Shown: positions 1 to 10,154 of the stretch, piece by piece
Layout: each line of letters begins with the position of its first letter
Position numbering within the stretch: position 1 is the first letter of the stretch
DNA from: Nitrospirota bacterium
GTDB lineage: Bacteria > Nitrospirota > UBA9217
Assembly: GCA_963840455.1 (NCBI GenBank)
Contig: CAWIYV010000011.1
Span: 480,001-544,000, forward strand
Reading direction: 5' to 3'
Length of the DNA: 64,000 nt
Notes under the pieces: model-generated
The model's input: the letters and a program-made list of their open reading frames with translations, nothing else
Told to the model about the DNA's origin: nothing
Database searches by the model: none
Program-made: the position numbers and the translations under genes

Positions 1-273
1 GCCGGCCTTTCGCTCGCGGCCGCGGCCGGTCGGACCGGTCAACAGGTGTATGAGTCCATCTGCAAGGCATGCCACGGCACTGGCATATCAGGTGCTCCGA
101 AGTTCGGCGACAAGGTATGGGTCCAGCTGGAGAAAAAAGAAGGGATCAAGGAACTGGTCAAGGACGCGATCAAGGGCGAGCGGGCCATGCCGCCGAAGGG
201 CGGGTGTGCCGACTGCTCGGATGACGAGGTCCGTGCCGCGGTCAAGTACATGATCGATTCAGCTAAGAAATAG
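1..273 (+). CDS. Cytochrome c5-family monoheme cytochrome c (5' end outside window)
   Basis: CKACH heme motif, GAPKFGD and AMPPKGGC..CSDDE c5 signatures; frame is open from position 1. Confidence 0.9.
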   Translation, partial: AGLSLAAAAGRTGQQVYESICKACHGTGISGAPKFGDKVWVQLEKKEGIKELVKDAIKGERAMPPKGGCADCSDDEVRAAVKYMIDSAKK

Positions 274-347
274 CAGACCGGAACGCTCCCCGGGGACCGT
301 TTGGTCCCGCCGGGGCGACGTGACAACTCTCCTCCTGCTGAAACAGG

Positions 348-378
348 AATGGGCCATCGATCGATGGCCCATTTTTGT
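348..378. terminator. Probable bidirectional terminator
   Basis: Perfect 26-bp palindrome aatgggccatcgatcgatggcccatt plus T-run, between convergent genes. Confidence 0.65.
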
Positions 379-400
379 TCCCCCCTGCCTACGCCTCCAA

Positions 401-2491
401 CTACCCTGCGATGAGCGCCTGCGCTTCCTCGCTCTTCACCGGCTTCGAGAACAGGAACCCCTGCCAATAGGCGCAGTCCAGCGACGCGATATGCGCCAGC
501 TGGTTGGTGGTCTCCACCCCTTCAGCGACCGCGTCGATGTTCAGATCCCGGGCGAGGGTCATGATGGTCCTGATGATCGCGTGGTTCTCGCCGACATCGT
601 CGATCCGCTTGACGAACGAGCGGTCGATCTTCAAGCCGTTGATCGGCAGCCGGTGAAGGTAGCTGAGCGAGGAATAGCCGGTCCCGAAATCGTCGATATA
701 CAGCTGAACCCCGAGGCCCCGAAGCCGCGACAGCAGGGTCGAGGCGGACTCAGGGTTCTCGAACAGGACATTCTCCGTGATCTCGAGCTTGAGGTGCTCG
801 GGAGGAAGCCCGCTCTCCTCCAGCACCAGGGCGACATGTTCGACCAGGTCCGGCTGCAGGATCTGCTTGTGCGCAAGGTTCACGCTGACAAAGTTCAGGT
901 GGTTGCCCCGGAACCGGTCCAGCCATTTCTTCATCTGCACGCATGCCTGCCGGAGGATCAGCCGGTCGATCGCAACGATCATTCCCGTCTCTTCGGCCAT
1001 CGGAATGAAATTGCCGGGGGGGATAAGTCCCCGCTCGGGATGGTTCCACCGCGCCAGGGCCTCGTAGCCGACGATGCATTTTTCCTTGACCGACAGGATC
1101 GCCTGATAATAGGGAACGAACTCCTGCCGTTCGATGGCGCGCCTCAGGTCCATTTCCAGCTGCAGGCGTTCCATCGCGCGGGAGTGCATGGCCGGCTCGA
1201 AGATCGTAACGTCCGCGCGGCGGTGGGCCTTGGACTGATACATGGCGGTATCGGCGTCCCGGATGACCTGTTCCGGCGTGTCATATCCGCTGGAGCTCAG
1301 GGCGACACCCATGCTGCCCGTAACGAACACCTCGTTGCCGTGTACGGCGAAGGGCTTCTTCAGCCCCTCCTTGATGCGTGACGCAACATACATGGTGTTG
1401 CTCACGCCACTGATGTCCTCGAGAAGCACCGCGAATTCGTCGCCGCCGAGCCGCGCGACCGTGTCCGTAGGCCGGACGCACGCCATGAGCTTCTTGCTGA
1501 ACTCGATGAGAAGCAGATCGCCCACCGTATGGCCCAGGCTGTCGTTGATGACCTTGAAGCCGTCGAGGTCGATGAACAGCACGCCGTAGTAATATCCCGG
1601 ACGCCGCTTTGCCAGGGTGATCGCGTGCCGCAGCCGGTCACTGAACAGCGCCCGGTTCGGCAGGCCGGTCAGCGCGTCATGGATCGCATCGTGCTGCAGC
1701 TGGTCGTTATAGTCCCGCACACGGCCGCGCATGTAGTCAAGGGAGCGGGCAAGGTCGGCGATCTCGTCGGTCGTGCGGATCTCGATCGGCGTGTCGAAGT
1801 TGCCCTTGGCGATCTCCTCAGCGGCCGCTTTCAGGCGAGCGACAGGATAGGTGATCCGGCGTGACAGATAGAAGGAAAGGACGCTGCCCACGATCACGAG
1901 CACCGACGTGAAGAGCGCCGTGGAAACGACCAGGTCGCGGATCTTCCTGCGCAGTCCTTCCTTCGTTAGTCCCAGCCGTAGGTATCCAAGGACCTTCTGA
2001 TCGGACCTCTCTGAGGACTGCAGCAGGGGGTCCAGGACGCCCCCGGTACTGGCCGCGATCGGGAAAAGGACCTCCAGGTACCGGCCGCCGTCACGTCCAG
2101 CATGGTCCCGGTGGCTGACCTGGCCCGCGAGGGCCTCCCCCTCGTGCTGCGCCTCGGGGATTTCCGCCGACGTTTGGAAGGTGATCGAGGCAAGGATGCG
2201 CCCCCCGGCGTCCAGCACCGCCACGTAAGCGATATCGGCGTCCTTCGACAGCCCCTGCAGGGCACGCTGGAGGGCGTCCCGGTCCTCGGTATAGATCCCG
2301 TACTCGCAGTTCTGGGACGCTGTTTCGGCGATGGTGATGCCGTGGTTCAGAAGCTCCTGATAATAGTTCACCATCTCCGAGCGGACCGTGTACAGGCAGA
2401 TCCCGACGGCCGTCACCAGGATGAGCGCGATGGACAGGGCGTTGAACTTGAACGCGAGGCTGAACCGTTTTTTATCGTTGCGTATGACCAT
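401..2491 (-). CDS. Membrane-bound HAMP-GGDEF-EAL diguanylate cyclase/phosphodiesterase
   Basis: Two TM segments around a periplasmic domain, HAMP, RLGGDEF, YEALARW, DDFGTGYSS; start set at ATG 2491 (MVIRN). Confidence 0.92.
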   Translation of the reverse strand: MVIRNDKKRFSLAFKFNALSIALILVTAVGICLYTVRSEMVNYYQELLNHGITIAETASQNCEYGIYTEDRDALQRALQGLSKDADIAYVAVLDAGGRILASITFQTSAEIPEAQHEGEALAGQVSHRDHAGRDGGRYLEVLFPIAASTGGVLDPLLQSSERSDQKVLGYLRLGLTKEGLRRKIRDLVVSTALFTSVLVIVGSVLSFYLSRRITYPVARLKAAAEEIAKGNFDTPIEIRTTDEIADLARSLDYMRGRVRDYNDQLQHDAIHDALTGLPNRALFSDRLRHAITLAKRRPGYYYGVLFIDLDGFKVINDSLGHTVGDLLLIEFSKKLMACVRPTDTVARLGGDEFAVLLEDISGVSNTMYVASRIKEGLKKPFAVHGNEVFVTGSMGVALSSSGYDTPEQVIRDADTAMYQSKAHRRADVTIFEPAMHSRAMERLQLEMDLRRAIERQEFVPYYQAILSVKEKCIVGYEALARWNHPERGLIPPGNFIPMAEETGMIVAIDRLILRQACVQMKKWLDRFRGNHLNFVSVNLAHKQILQPDLVEHVALVLEESGLPPEHLKLEITENVLFENPESASTLLSRLRGLGVQLYIDDFGTGYSSLSYLHRLPINGLKIDRSFVKRIDDVGENHAIIRTIMTLARDLNIDAVAEGVETTNQLAHIASLDCAYWQGFLFSKPVKSEEAQALIAG

Positions 2492-2496
2492 AGGGA

Positions 2497-3456
2497 TCAA
2501 TATACCTGCCGAGCGCCACGGACCACCGGTTCGGGCATGGTGATCTTCATCTGCCGGGCGGTGACCAGGTTCAGGGAATACAGGACCTTGCGCGGCGTCG
2601 CCGGGGGGAGAGAGGACGGCGCGGCGCCTGCCAGGATCTTCTGCGCCATTTCGCCGCACTGCGCGCCCAGGTCCGCGTAGTTCCAGTCCAGGGAATAGAG
2701 CGCGCCCGCCTTCACCCAGGTGGCCGAGGGTCCGATGAAGGGGATGCTGTTCCGGAACGAGAACAGCAGGATGTTCTTCGCGATCGACGGGGACAGCGTG
2801 AGGCTGTCCGCCACTCCCCACAGCACCTCCGCCTTCCGGGACAGGCTTTCCAGGGCCGCGGGAATGTCCTGGGGCGTATTGACCTCATAGGCTTCGAGCC
2901 GCATGCCCGCCTTTCTGGCGATCTCGGCCGCGGCATCGATCCTCTTCTGGTTCTCGTTCGGCCGGTAGAGCACCCCGATGCTCCTGACCTCGGGCAGCAA
3001 CTTCTGGATCCATGCGATCTGGGTCTCCAGAGGGAACTCCAGCCCCACGCCGGTCGCATTGGGCGCTTTCTTCAGGTTGTCCGTCCGCAGGACCAGGCAG
3101 GCGACAAGGGGGATATCAGTGATCTCCCTGAGGGCGGCGTCCGTCGCCATCGAACCCAGGGTCACGACGAGCTTGGTGCCGCCCGCCTTGATCTTCTCGA
3201 TCGCCGGTCCCGTCTTCGCGGCGTCGCCGTCCAGGTTGAACACGTCGTATCCTGCCTGGACCCCCTGGCCGGCAAGATACTCGCGGAAGCCGTTGACCGC
3301 TTCCTGGAACGGCGCCTCGTTCGAGCTGACGAACAGGACGATCCTCTCCCCTGTCCAGGCGGCCCTCCCGCCGGCCAGAAGGAACATTGCAGCCAGGACA
3401 GTCGCTGCAACGATGTTCATCGTGCGCGGCCATGATTTTCCCGGATCAGCGTGCAT
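2497..3456 (-). CDS. Periplasmic ABC-type substrate-binding protein (PF04392-like)
   Basis: Signal peptide, IGVLY, WVKAGALYSLD..Y.DLGAQ and LNL..A motifs; start uncertain (3456 or 3420). Confidence 0.8.
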   Translation of the reverse strand: MHADPGKSWPRTMNIVAATVLAAMFLLAGGRAAWTGERIVLFVSSNEAPFQEAVNGFREYLAGQGVQAGYDVFNLDGDAAKTGPAIEKIKAGGTKLVVTLGSMATDAALREITDIPLVACLVLRTDNLKKAPNATGVGLEFPLETQIAWIQKLLPEVRSIGVLYRPNENQKRIDAAAEIARKAGMRLEAYEVNTPQDIPAALESLSRKAEVLWGVADSLTLSPSIAKNILLFSFRNSIPFIGPSATWVKAGALYSLDWNYADLGAQCGEMAQKILAGAAPSSLPPATPRKVLYSLNLVTARQMKITMPEPVVRGARQVY

Positions 3457-3474
3457 GACGGATTGTATCATAGT

Positions 3475-3588
3475 TGAAGCTCCTGCAGCAAGCTGCAGGA
3501 ATCTTCGATCCTCAAGGAAGTGTTGTCATCCTAATCGCTCGCTAACCCCGCAGCAAGCTGCCGGGGAATGCGCCCTCCCCTGGATTCA
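3475..3588 (+). repeat. Repeat family A copy 1 (two-hairpin MITE-like element)
   Basis: tgaagctcc-tgcagcaagctgcag...atcgctcgctaaccccgcagcaagctg..ggggaatgcg...ctggattca; matches the seven other copies. Confidence 0.9.
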
Positions 3589-3690
3589 CGAAAAAAGAGC
3601 CCCTTGTTGTACAACCTCTGCCCGCTGTCCCTGCGTGCGTTCTGCCTGTTCCTCGTGATCGATTGTCTCCGGGCTGCACTGGTAGCGTCC

Positions 3691-4627
3691 TTAGAACGTC
3701 TGCTTTGCACCGCGAACAAGGTCATCGGGAATGGCAAGCTTCATCATCCGGGCGGTGTTCATGTTCAGTGAGTAATTAACAGTACGGGGCGACTCCGGCG
3801 GAAGGGCGCCCGGCGACGCTCCTTTCAGCACCTTGACGGCCATCTCACCGCATTGCGCGCCCACATCCTTGTAGTCGCAGTCCAGGGAATAGAGCGCTCC
3901 GGCCTTCACCCACATGGACGACGGCGCGACAACGGGAATGCTGTTCTGGAGCGAGAACAGCAGGATCGGCTTGGCCATCTGCATCGACAGCGCGATCGAG
4001 TCCGGGACCCCCCACAGTACCTGGGCGCGTTTGGACAGCCGCTCAAGCACGTCAGGCACTTCCTGGGACGTGCGGACCTCCTGCGCTTCGAGCTTCAACC
4101 CCATCTTCTGCGCAACCTTGACGGCGGCTTCGATCTTCTTCTTGTTCTCCTCGGGGCTGTAGATGACACCGATCGTTCTCGCTTGGGGCATCACTTTCTG
4201 GATCCAGGAGAACTGGAGGTCCAGGGGGAATTCGAGGCTCACCCCGGTAAGGTTGCCCCCCTTCTTGAGCGACTCCGACCGCAGCACGAGCCCCGCCACG
4301 ATGGGCGTGTCGCTGATCTCCCGGGCCACGGCATCCGTAGCCAGGGACCCCAGGGCAAGGATGAGGTCGAACCTGCCCAGTTTGATCTTTTGAATGGCCG
4401 CGCCTGGCCTTCGAGGCATCGCCCCCCAGGCTGATGAGCTCGTAGCTGGGCTGCAGGCCCTGCTTGCCGACGTATTCATTGAACCCCGCCACCGCTTCCT
4501 TGTAGGGCGCGTCATCGCTGCTGATCAGAAGTGCGATCCGCTCGGCGTGCGCAGCGCCGGGACACATGACCACCAGCGCCAGCAGGATGAGGGTCAGAAG
4601 CAATGGCATTACGCATGGTCGCGGCAC
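3691..4627 (-). CDS. Second periplasmic substrate-binding protein (paralog), one frameshift near 4405-4410
   Basis: N-terminal part in ORF 4052..4627 and remainder in ORF 3691..4515 both align with the 2497..3456 paralog. Confidence 0.8.
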
Positions 4628-4638
4628 CGTCCTGATGA

Positions 4639-6658
4639 TCAGAATGCATAGGTCAGCTTGAACCGGTAGCTGCGGCCATCCTGCTGGATGGTCGGCTGCA
4701 CAAAATCCAGCGTGACCGGATCGCCGTACTCTTTGTCGAACAGGTTATAGACGCTCACCGACGCATCGAGCCGCTGTACAAGGTTCTGGGAGAACAGGGT
4801 GAGGTTGGTGACGGCAAATGCCGGTGCGTACCCCCCGGCATCAATCTTTCGCCGGTCCACATACTGTTCCTCGACTCCGAGAAATATCTTGTCTTTCATG
4901 ACCGGCACGTTAAGAACGAGCTTTCCCATCTGGGCCGGCGAGTTGGTAAGCGGATCGCCGGTCAGCTGGTCCTTGGTCCTCTGTACTGTGTAGCTGATCC
5001 GGGCCTCGACGCCGTTCGCCCACTTGCCTTCCAGCTCAGCCGTGCTTCCCTTCGCGGTGACCTCTTCAAGGTTCTGGAACTGCGGGAGGCCAGTAACGGG
5101 ATCGGTCCCGTAATTGATGAGATCCTTGATCTTGTAATAGTAGCCCAACACCGAAGCCCGCAGATGGTCGCCGATGTACTGATCGAACACCACCTCGGTG
5201 GTCGTGATCTTTTCCGGCTTGAGTTCGGGATTTGCCACGGACAGGCCCGGAGACCTGATAATACAGCTCGTAGTCGTTCGGCGCACGGAAGGCGGTGCCG
5301 TACAGGACCTTGATGGTGCTCTTCTCCGCAGGCGTCGCGATCAAGGCAAGACGGGGGTTTGTCGTGCCGCCGAAGGTGCTGTAGCTATCGTAGCGCACGC
5401 CGGCGTTCAGGATCAGCGACCGTGAGAACGTTATCTCGTCCTGGAGATAGGCTGCCATGATCCGGGACCGCCGCACATCGTCAAGGCCGAAAGCATAGGG
5501 ATCTACATTGTAGTTCTGCTGGTTCTCCCGGAAGCTTCCCTGGTACTCGCTCCGACGATGAGGCGCTGCATGTCGCCGGACGCGGCTTACGAACTTGATC
5601 TCGCTCCCCAGCCCAGGTTCCGTTAGCACAGGTCCTTGTTGATCACTCCCGAGTAGAGATAATCGCCGGTGTACTGGTAATAATCATAAAAGAGTCTGAC
5701 GGTCAGATCGGTCTTCGCGCTCAGGCCGTGTTCGTACTTCAGGTCAGCGTAGCTTCGGGTGTCTACGGTCTTGTTCCGGGCATCGTTGAAGTCCGTGCCG
5801 TAGGCGCCCGTGGGGATGCCTTTGGTCCTGGAAACATAGGCGCCCTGCAAGGTGAAATCGCCGAACGCAACGGTCGAGAACAGGTTCTGCGAACGGTCAT
5901 AGTCACTATTGTCCGAGTAACCGCCGTTTGTCGCTCGCGGATCAGCGGCCGAAATCGCCGGATCAAATTCCGGGTAATACAGCCGATCACCTTTGCTGTC
6001 ATAGGCGATGCCCGAGATGATCGCTTCTGCTGCCGTTCTGGTACCGGTTGCCGTAGCTCAGCCGTCCCTTGTAGGTATTGAAGCTGCCGGCCTCTCCTGA
6101 GACCTCGGTTCCCTTCAAGTCCCTGCCGCGGCGGGTGATGATATTGATGACGCCGAAGAAGGCGTTGCTGCCGTAGAGGGACGACCCAGGGCCCCGGATG
6201 ATCTCGACGCGATCAATAAGGTCCACGTCCAGGATGGCCTCGGTGCCTATTGCTGCCTGGTTGTAGATGTTGTCGTTCGTGCGATGGCCGTCGATCAGCA
6301 GCAGGACGCGGGTATTGTAGTCTCCCGGCCGGCCGAACCCCCGCACACCGATATAGTTGTAGTTCCGGTCATAGGTCACGTAAAAACCCGAGACGCTCCG
6401 CAGGATGTCCGCGAGAGTGCGATAGCCGTTCTTCTTGATGTCTTGCGAGGTGACGATGCTGACGGACGACGGCGCTTGGGTGACCTTCTGCTCGAACTTG
6501 GACGCCCCGTAGACCGAGGGGATTTCCTGGAACAGGAGCGATTCCTCGCTGACCGAGGCGAGCATGACCGGGGCTTGATCTTGTGCAGAGGAGACGGGCG
6601 GGAGGAGGATGACCGCCAGAATTATGAAGCATAGTTTGTTCACCGTAGAAATATGCAT
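4639..6658 (-). pseudogene. TonB-dependent outer-membrane receptor, multiply frameshifted (pseudogene or read errors)
   Basis: Plug motifs (RVEIIRGPGSSLYGSNAFFGVINIIT), barrel fragments, YNLFDK and terminal LTYAF, split over four or more ORFs. Confidence 0.85.
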
Positions 6659-7271
6659 GCCCGGGCCCCCCAATGCCTGATCTTGCTTCTTGGCCAATTC
6701 AATGATTAAGAAGACTTTTGCTGCCGATATTCAACGATATACTAATATATTTGGTTAATACTAAATTATATAGATTATTGCCTAACTTCTCAATTTTGTC
6801 AACAACTATTTTTTTATTCTTTCCATGGTTGAGGGCAGTCGCAACTGATGGGCAGTGGTCCCCCGATGCAATACGATGACAATGGAAAACGACAAAACCA
6901 TTTACTCTCCGGCCGTTATCGAAGTATAATTTTGATCCTATCCGTCATGCCAATGACCACGGATCAGGGGGAAAGAGCAGGCCATGCCGAGTTACGCTGA
7001 AAATACCGGTCTGATAATGTGCACAGCAGGGAGAGAAGGGCGTCAGAAGGGAACGAGGGGGAGCACTACAAGAGGTCCGGCTGGAGAAAAAGAACATGGC
7101 CGGGTTCCTGAAGGAGTAAGAGGAGCCCGGCCATTGCGAGGTGGCGCGAAAAGCCTGGATGGATTTTCCGGGAGGTAAAAAAATCCATTCCGGGAGGAGA
7201 CCACGCACCTCTCGAAATAAGAAGAACGATGAAGAAGCGTCAGGATGCAGCCAGGCAGACCCGCGTTTGCC

Positions 7272-7718
7272 TCAGGATGCGATCCGTTCGTTTGACGCAA
7301 GGGCCGTTTCTGCGTTGCGGCTACCGCTCTCATCGAACGTCAAGACAACCGAATTTATGAAGTAATTGACGCCTGCAGGCAACCGCCCGTCATTGCACAC
7401 ATAACCGAGGTGGGCGTTACAGTTGCTGCACAGTACATCATTCCGGACCGTGCGATACAGGATGTCATTTGCGGTCCTGATATGTTCGTTCGCTTTCGGG
7501 TCTAAAAATTCCGGCCATTCGTACGTTGCAACGATTTTCGCATGCGAACTGACGAGGACATTGCCGCAGCACGCGCAGTGAAAGAGCCCTGATCCGATCA
7601 AGTCGCGATACCTGTTCGAGTGTTCAGGTTCGGCACCTTGCTGGCGCGTCAGCCGGTTTTGCGCCGGCATGAGAAGCTGCTGACGGTCGGCCTTGCGCTC
7701 GACCAATTTTTTATGCAT
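7272..7718 (-). CDS. MsrB-like protein with degenerate active site
   Basis: CACC and CSNC zinc pairs, WPEF, AHLGY, NYFINS (canonical RYCINS). Confidence 0.75.
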   Translation of the reverse strand: MHKKLVERKADRQQLLMPAQNRLTRQQGAEPEHSNRYRDLIGSGLFHCACCGNVLVSSHAKIVATYEWPEFLDPKANEHIRTANDILYRTVRNDVLCSNCNAHLGYVCNDGRLPAGVNYFINSVVLTFDESGSRNAETALASNERIAS

Positions 7719-8658
7719 AGACCTTCTCCCTTCCGAAAGCGAAGGCGAGGTCCTGTACTGCGCATCCTGACTCTTCCGGAACGTCCCATTCTCCCACGGC
7801 CATCGTGATGTCATTGAACTTTTCCCGCCGGACCTCCGTCCCCGTCCGGTCCCGGTAGACCAGCTCATCGGTATCCAGGTCGTATTCCGGGATATCCGGG
7901 TCGCTCCACCGGTTGAGAAAATACTGATAGAAGGGATTGTACAGCCCGCCGGGATCACGATCGTGCCTGAACACGTATTCCGGCATTTCGTCCACGTGCA
8001 GGCCGGTGTGATAATGGCGCACGCAGAGGGCATCCCCGAGGATGGCCAGCTTCAAGAGAGGCATGTCCTGATAGAGCTTGAGCCGTATGTTCTTCTGGGC
8101 CCCCTTGAGGCCTTTCAGAAAATCGATGCTCCGTATGATCTGCTCCCGGAAGATCTCCGGTGATATGTCGGGATCGGAGAGGCTTTTCGCACGCGCGATC
8201 GCGCCTTCCCGCAGCGGGTCCAGGAGCATGATCTTGGCCCCGCGGCACTTCTGCAGCACGCGGTGCAGGTCTCCATCCGGGTCCACGAAGGTCCGGTATC
8301 CTGTGGAGCCCATGAGCATGATGTCCCTGCCGAACCCGTTCTTTTCTTTCAATTCCTTCATTTTTTTCCGCGCAAAGAACCCCCGGGAATGGGCGACCAG
8401 GGCCAGCCCCGCGCTCTTCGCCATACGCGAGAGATCGCGTTTCCGCCAGTACTTCGTCATATGGTTGAAGAATAGGACCAGGAGGACCGCAACGGCGATC
8501 TCAATGGATACGAGAAATATCTTCTCGTTCTCCACAAAGGCCCAGAACGTCAGGAATTTCCCCGCAAGAAAGCTGACCAAAAGGGGAAGAGACAGAGCAA
8601 TGGCGGCGGACATAATGATCACAACGACATGGTAGAGCAAGTGCGGCAGGTTCTTCAT
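7711..8658 (-). CDS. Two-TM membrane protein with soluble domain, possibly DUF5919/PLD-like fold
   Basis: Two hydrophobic N-terminal segments; KIMLLDP and IRLKLY..MP..KL.ILGD pattern; RBS ggagg. Confidence 0.7.
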   Translation of the reverse strand: MKNLPHLLYHVVVIIMSAAIALSLPLLVSFLAGKFLTFWAFVENEKIFLVSIEIAVAVLLVLFFNHMTKYWRKRDLSRMAKSAGLALVAHSRGFFARKKMKELKEKNGFGRDIMLMGSTGYRTFVDPDGDLHRVLQKCRGAKIMLLDPLREGAIARAKSLSDPDISPEIFREQIIRSIDFLKGLKGAQKNIRLKLYQDMPLLKLAILGDALCVRHYHTGLHVDEMPEYVFRHDRDPGGLYNPFYQYFLNRWSDPDIPEYDLDTDELVYRDRTGTEVRREKFNDITMAVGEWDVPEESGCAVQDLAFAFGREKVYA

Positions 8659-8855
8659 CGCAGCGACCTCCCTTCGTTCGTATAGTCCGTATAGTTGTAA
8701 TAATTGTGATCCCGGTGATGACGATCACGGCCTGCTTTCGCTCCGGATGGACACTGATCGAAGCCGATCGAGGCACGATCCGGACCGATTCTGTTGCACC
8801 CGTCTTCAGCCTGCATTCGCCTGTGATGCGCCTCTTTCCAACCTGTCCTGATCAC
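8655..8855 (-). CDS. Small hypothetical protein (66 aa)
   Basis: GTGA and ATGA overlaps couple it to both neighbours; no motif recognised. Confidence 0.35.
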   Translation of the reverse strand: MIRTGWKEAHHRRMQAEDGCNRIGPDRASIGFDQCPSGAKAGRDRHHRDHNYYNYTDYTNEGRSLR

Positions 8856-9217
8856 GATAACACGATCAGCGCCGTGACGATCGAGAACGCAATATCCGAC
8901 CTGGCGCTGTCGTCATCACGGGCGATCCGTTCGCAGAGCGAAGCTGCCAGGCGTAGCTGCCGGTCGCTCATTGCGGAGAGCTTGTCCCGCATCTTCTCCC
9001 GGACCTTTTCATTCTTCGTCCTGTGCTCGACCACCGACAGGACCTTCCGCAGTTCAGCGCGGTGATACACCGCCTGTTCCGCCCGCGGCGGCAACGATGC
9101 GGCATGTCCGGAAAGACCGGAGGCGGGCGACTCGCCAGCCAGCACGATCGAAAAGATGAGCAGGACCCCCATCCAGGTTAATAGCGGTAATGTTCGTTGA
9201 TTTCTCGGCAGTCTCAT
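8852..9217 (-). CDS. Hypothetical exported/membrane protein
   Basis: RBS aggagg, N-terminal signal-like segment and hydrophobic C-terminus. Confidence 0.7.
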   Translation of the reverse strand: MRLPRNQRTLPLLTWMGVLLIFSIVLAGESPASGLSGHAASLPPRAEQAVYHRAELRKVLSVVEHRTKNEKVREKMRDKLSAMSDRQLRLAASLCERIARDDDSARSDIAFSIVTALIVLS

Positions 9218-9277
9218 GGGTTCCTCCTTGATGCAACAGATGGGATCTCTGGCCCGCGACTGCGAACGGAGCAGGGA

Positions 9278-9514
9278 TCAACAGACACCGAGCAGTTCAT
9301 CGCCTTCCGCTGGGTTCCGTTTCTCTTCGCGAACGAGTTTGCGGATCCCCGCCTGCACGTTACAGGAGTGGCAATCGCGCGACATGGTGTATTCGAACTG
9401 TTTGTACGTGCAGCAGTTGCAGAGGCTCTGCAGCATTTCCACCTTGCGCAGCGCGACCCACTGCTGGATCTCCTTCATCATGTTCTCCCTGCTCGGGAAA
9501 AAGGCCAGACTCAT
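9278..9514 (-). CDS. Small Cys-rich putative metal-binding protein
   Basis: RBS gaggag; CNCC and CHSC motifs; first gene after sigma54 promoter. Confidence 0.7.
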   Translation of the reverse strand: MSLAFFPSRENMMKEIQQWVALRKVEMLQSLCNCCTYKQFEYTMSRDCHSCNVQAGIRKLVREEKRNPAEGDELLGVC

Positions 9515-9600
9515 GGTTAATCTCTCCTCGTTCTTTCCATTGTTCTGCGTGCCAAGTCGGACCCCGCCCCATCCTTGGCCGGGACATCAACGCAGTATAG

Positions 9601-9616
9601 AGCAAGCTCCATGCCA
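9601..9616 (-). promoter_or_regulatory. Sigma54 (-24/-12) promoter
   Basis: Minus strand TGGCAT-GGAGC-TTGCT matches TGGCAC-N5-TTGC. Confidence 0.8.
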
Positions 9617-9701
9617 GAAGAGGACAGTTTCGTTCAAATGGTTGATAGTACGCAGCAATAATTTCGATAGAGCGTTGAAAGAGGGCAGGTTGGGGTATAA
9701 A

Positions 9702-9725
9702 TGTTGTCTGGTTTCTCATACAACA
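9702..9725. promoter_or_regulatory. Candidate enhancer (UAS) for the adjacent sigma54 activator
   Basis: Inverted repeat tgttgt-N12-acaaca containing TGTC-N10-TACA, ~90 bp upstream of the -24 box. Confidence 0.45.
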
Positions 9726-10007
9726 AAACCGTCCCAGCCAGCTATTGAGTGGATAACGTTTGAAAAGTCGGCAGGTTAAATACTGTATGATATTTCCTGC
9801 AGAAAAGAAGGCGGAAAAGGATATTCTTCACAAAAAGACATGCCGATTGCTCGATACCCTGCCGGCAGCAACAGTGAAAGCGATCTTAAACAAGTCCTGA
9901 ACAGGAAACCAGGATCACCGAACTTGGATCCGTTCATCCGGTCCAATCCCGTCGATCCTGCCAAAATGCCGCTTCTTTCCTCTACTATCGACCTGACGAC
10001 CTGGCAT

Positions 10008-10122
10008 TGAAGCTCCCTGCAGCAAGCTGCAGGGAATCTTCGATCCTCAAGGTAGTAGTTTTATTCTAATCGCTCGCTGACCCCGCAGCAAGCTACGGGG
10101 AATGCGCTCGCTCCTGGATTCA
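10008..10122 (+). repeat. Repeat family A copy 2
   Basis: Near-consensus full-length copy with both hairpins. Confidence 0.9.
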
Positions 10123-10154
10123 GGTGTGTTCCCGCTGAACCGCAATGGGATTCT

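Noticed and set aside
7095-7200. Hairpins with a GNRA-like loop (gccattgcgaggtggc-gcgaaaagcc) resembling a c-di-GMP-I riboswitch
   Set aside because: Lacks the GGCAAACC and GACGCAAAG cores and points away from the TBDR operon; more likely 3' hairpins
7355-7365. Possible selenocysteine at the MsrB catalytic position
   Set aside because: Codon is TTC (Phe), not TGA
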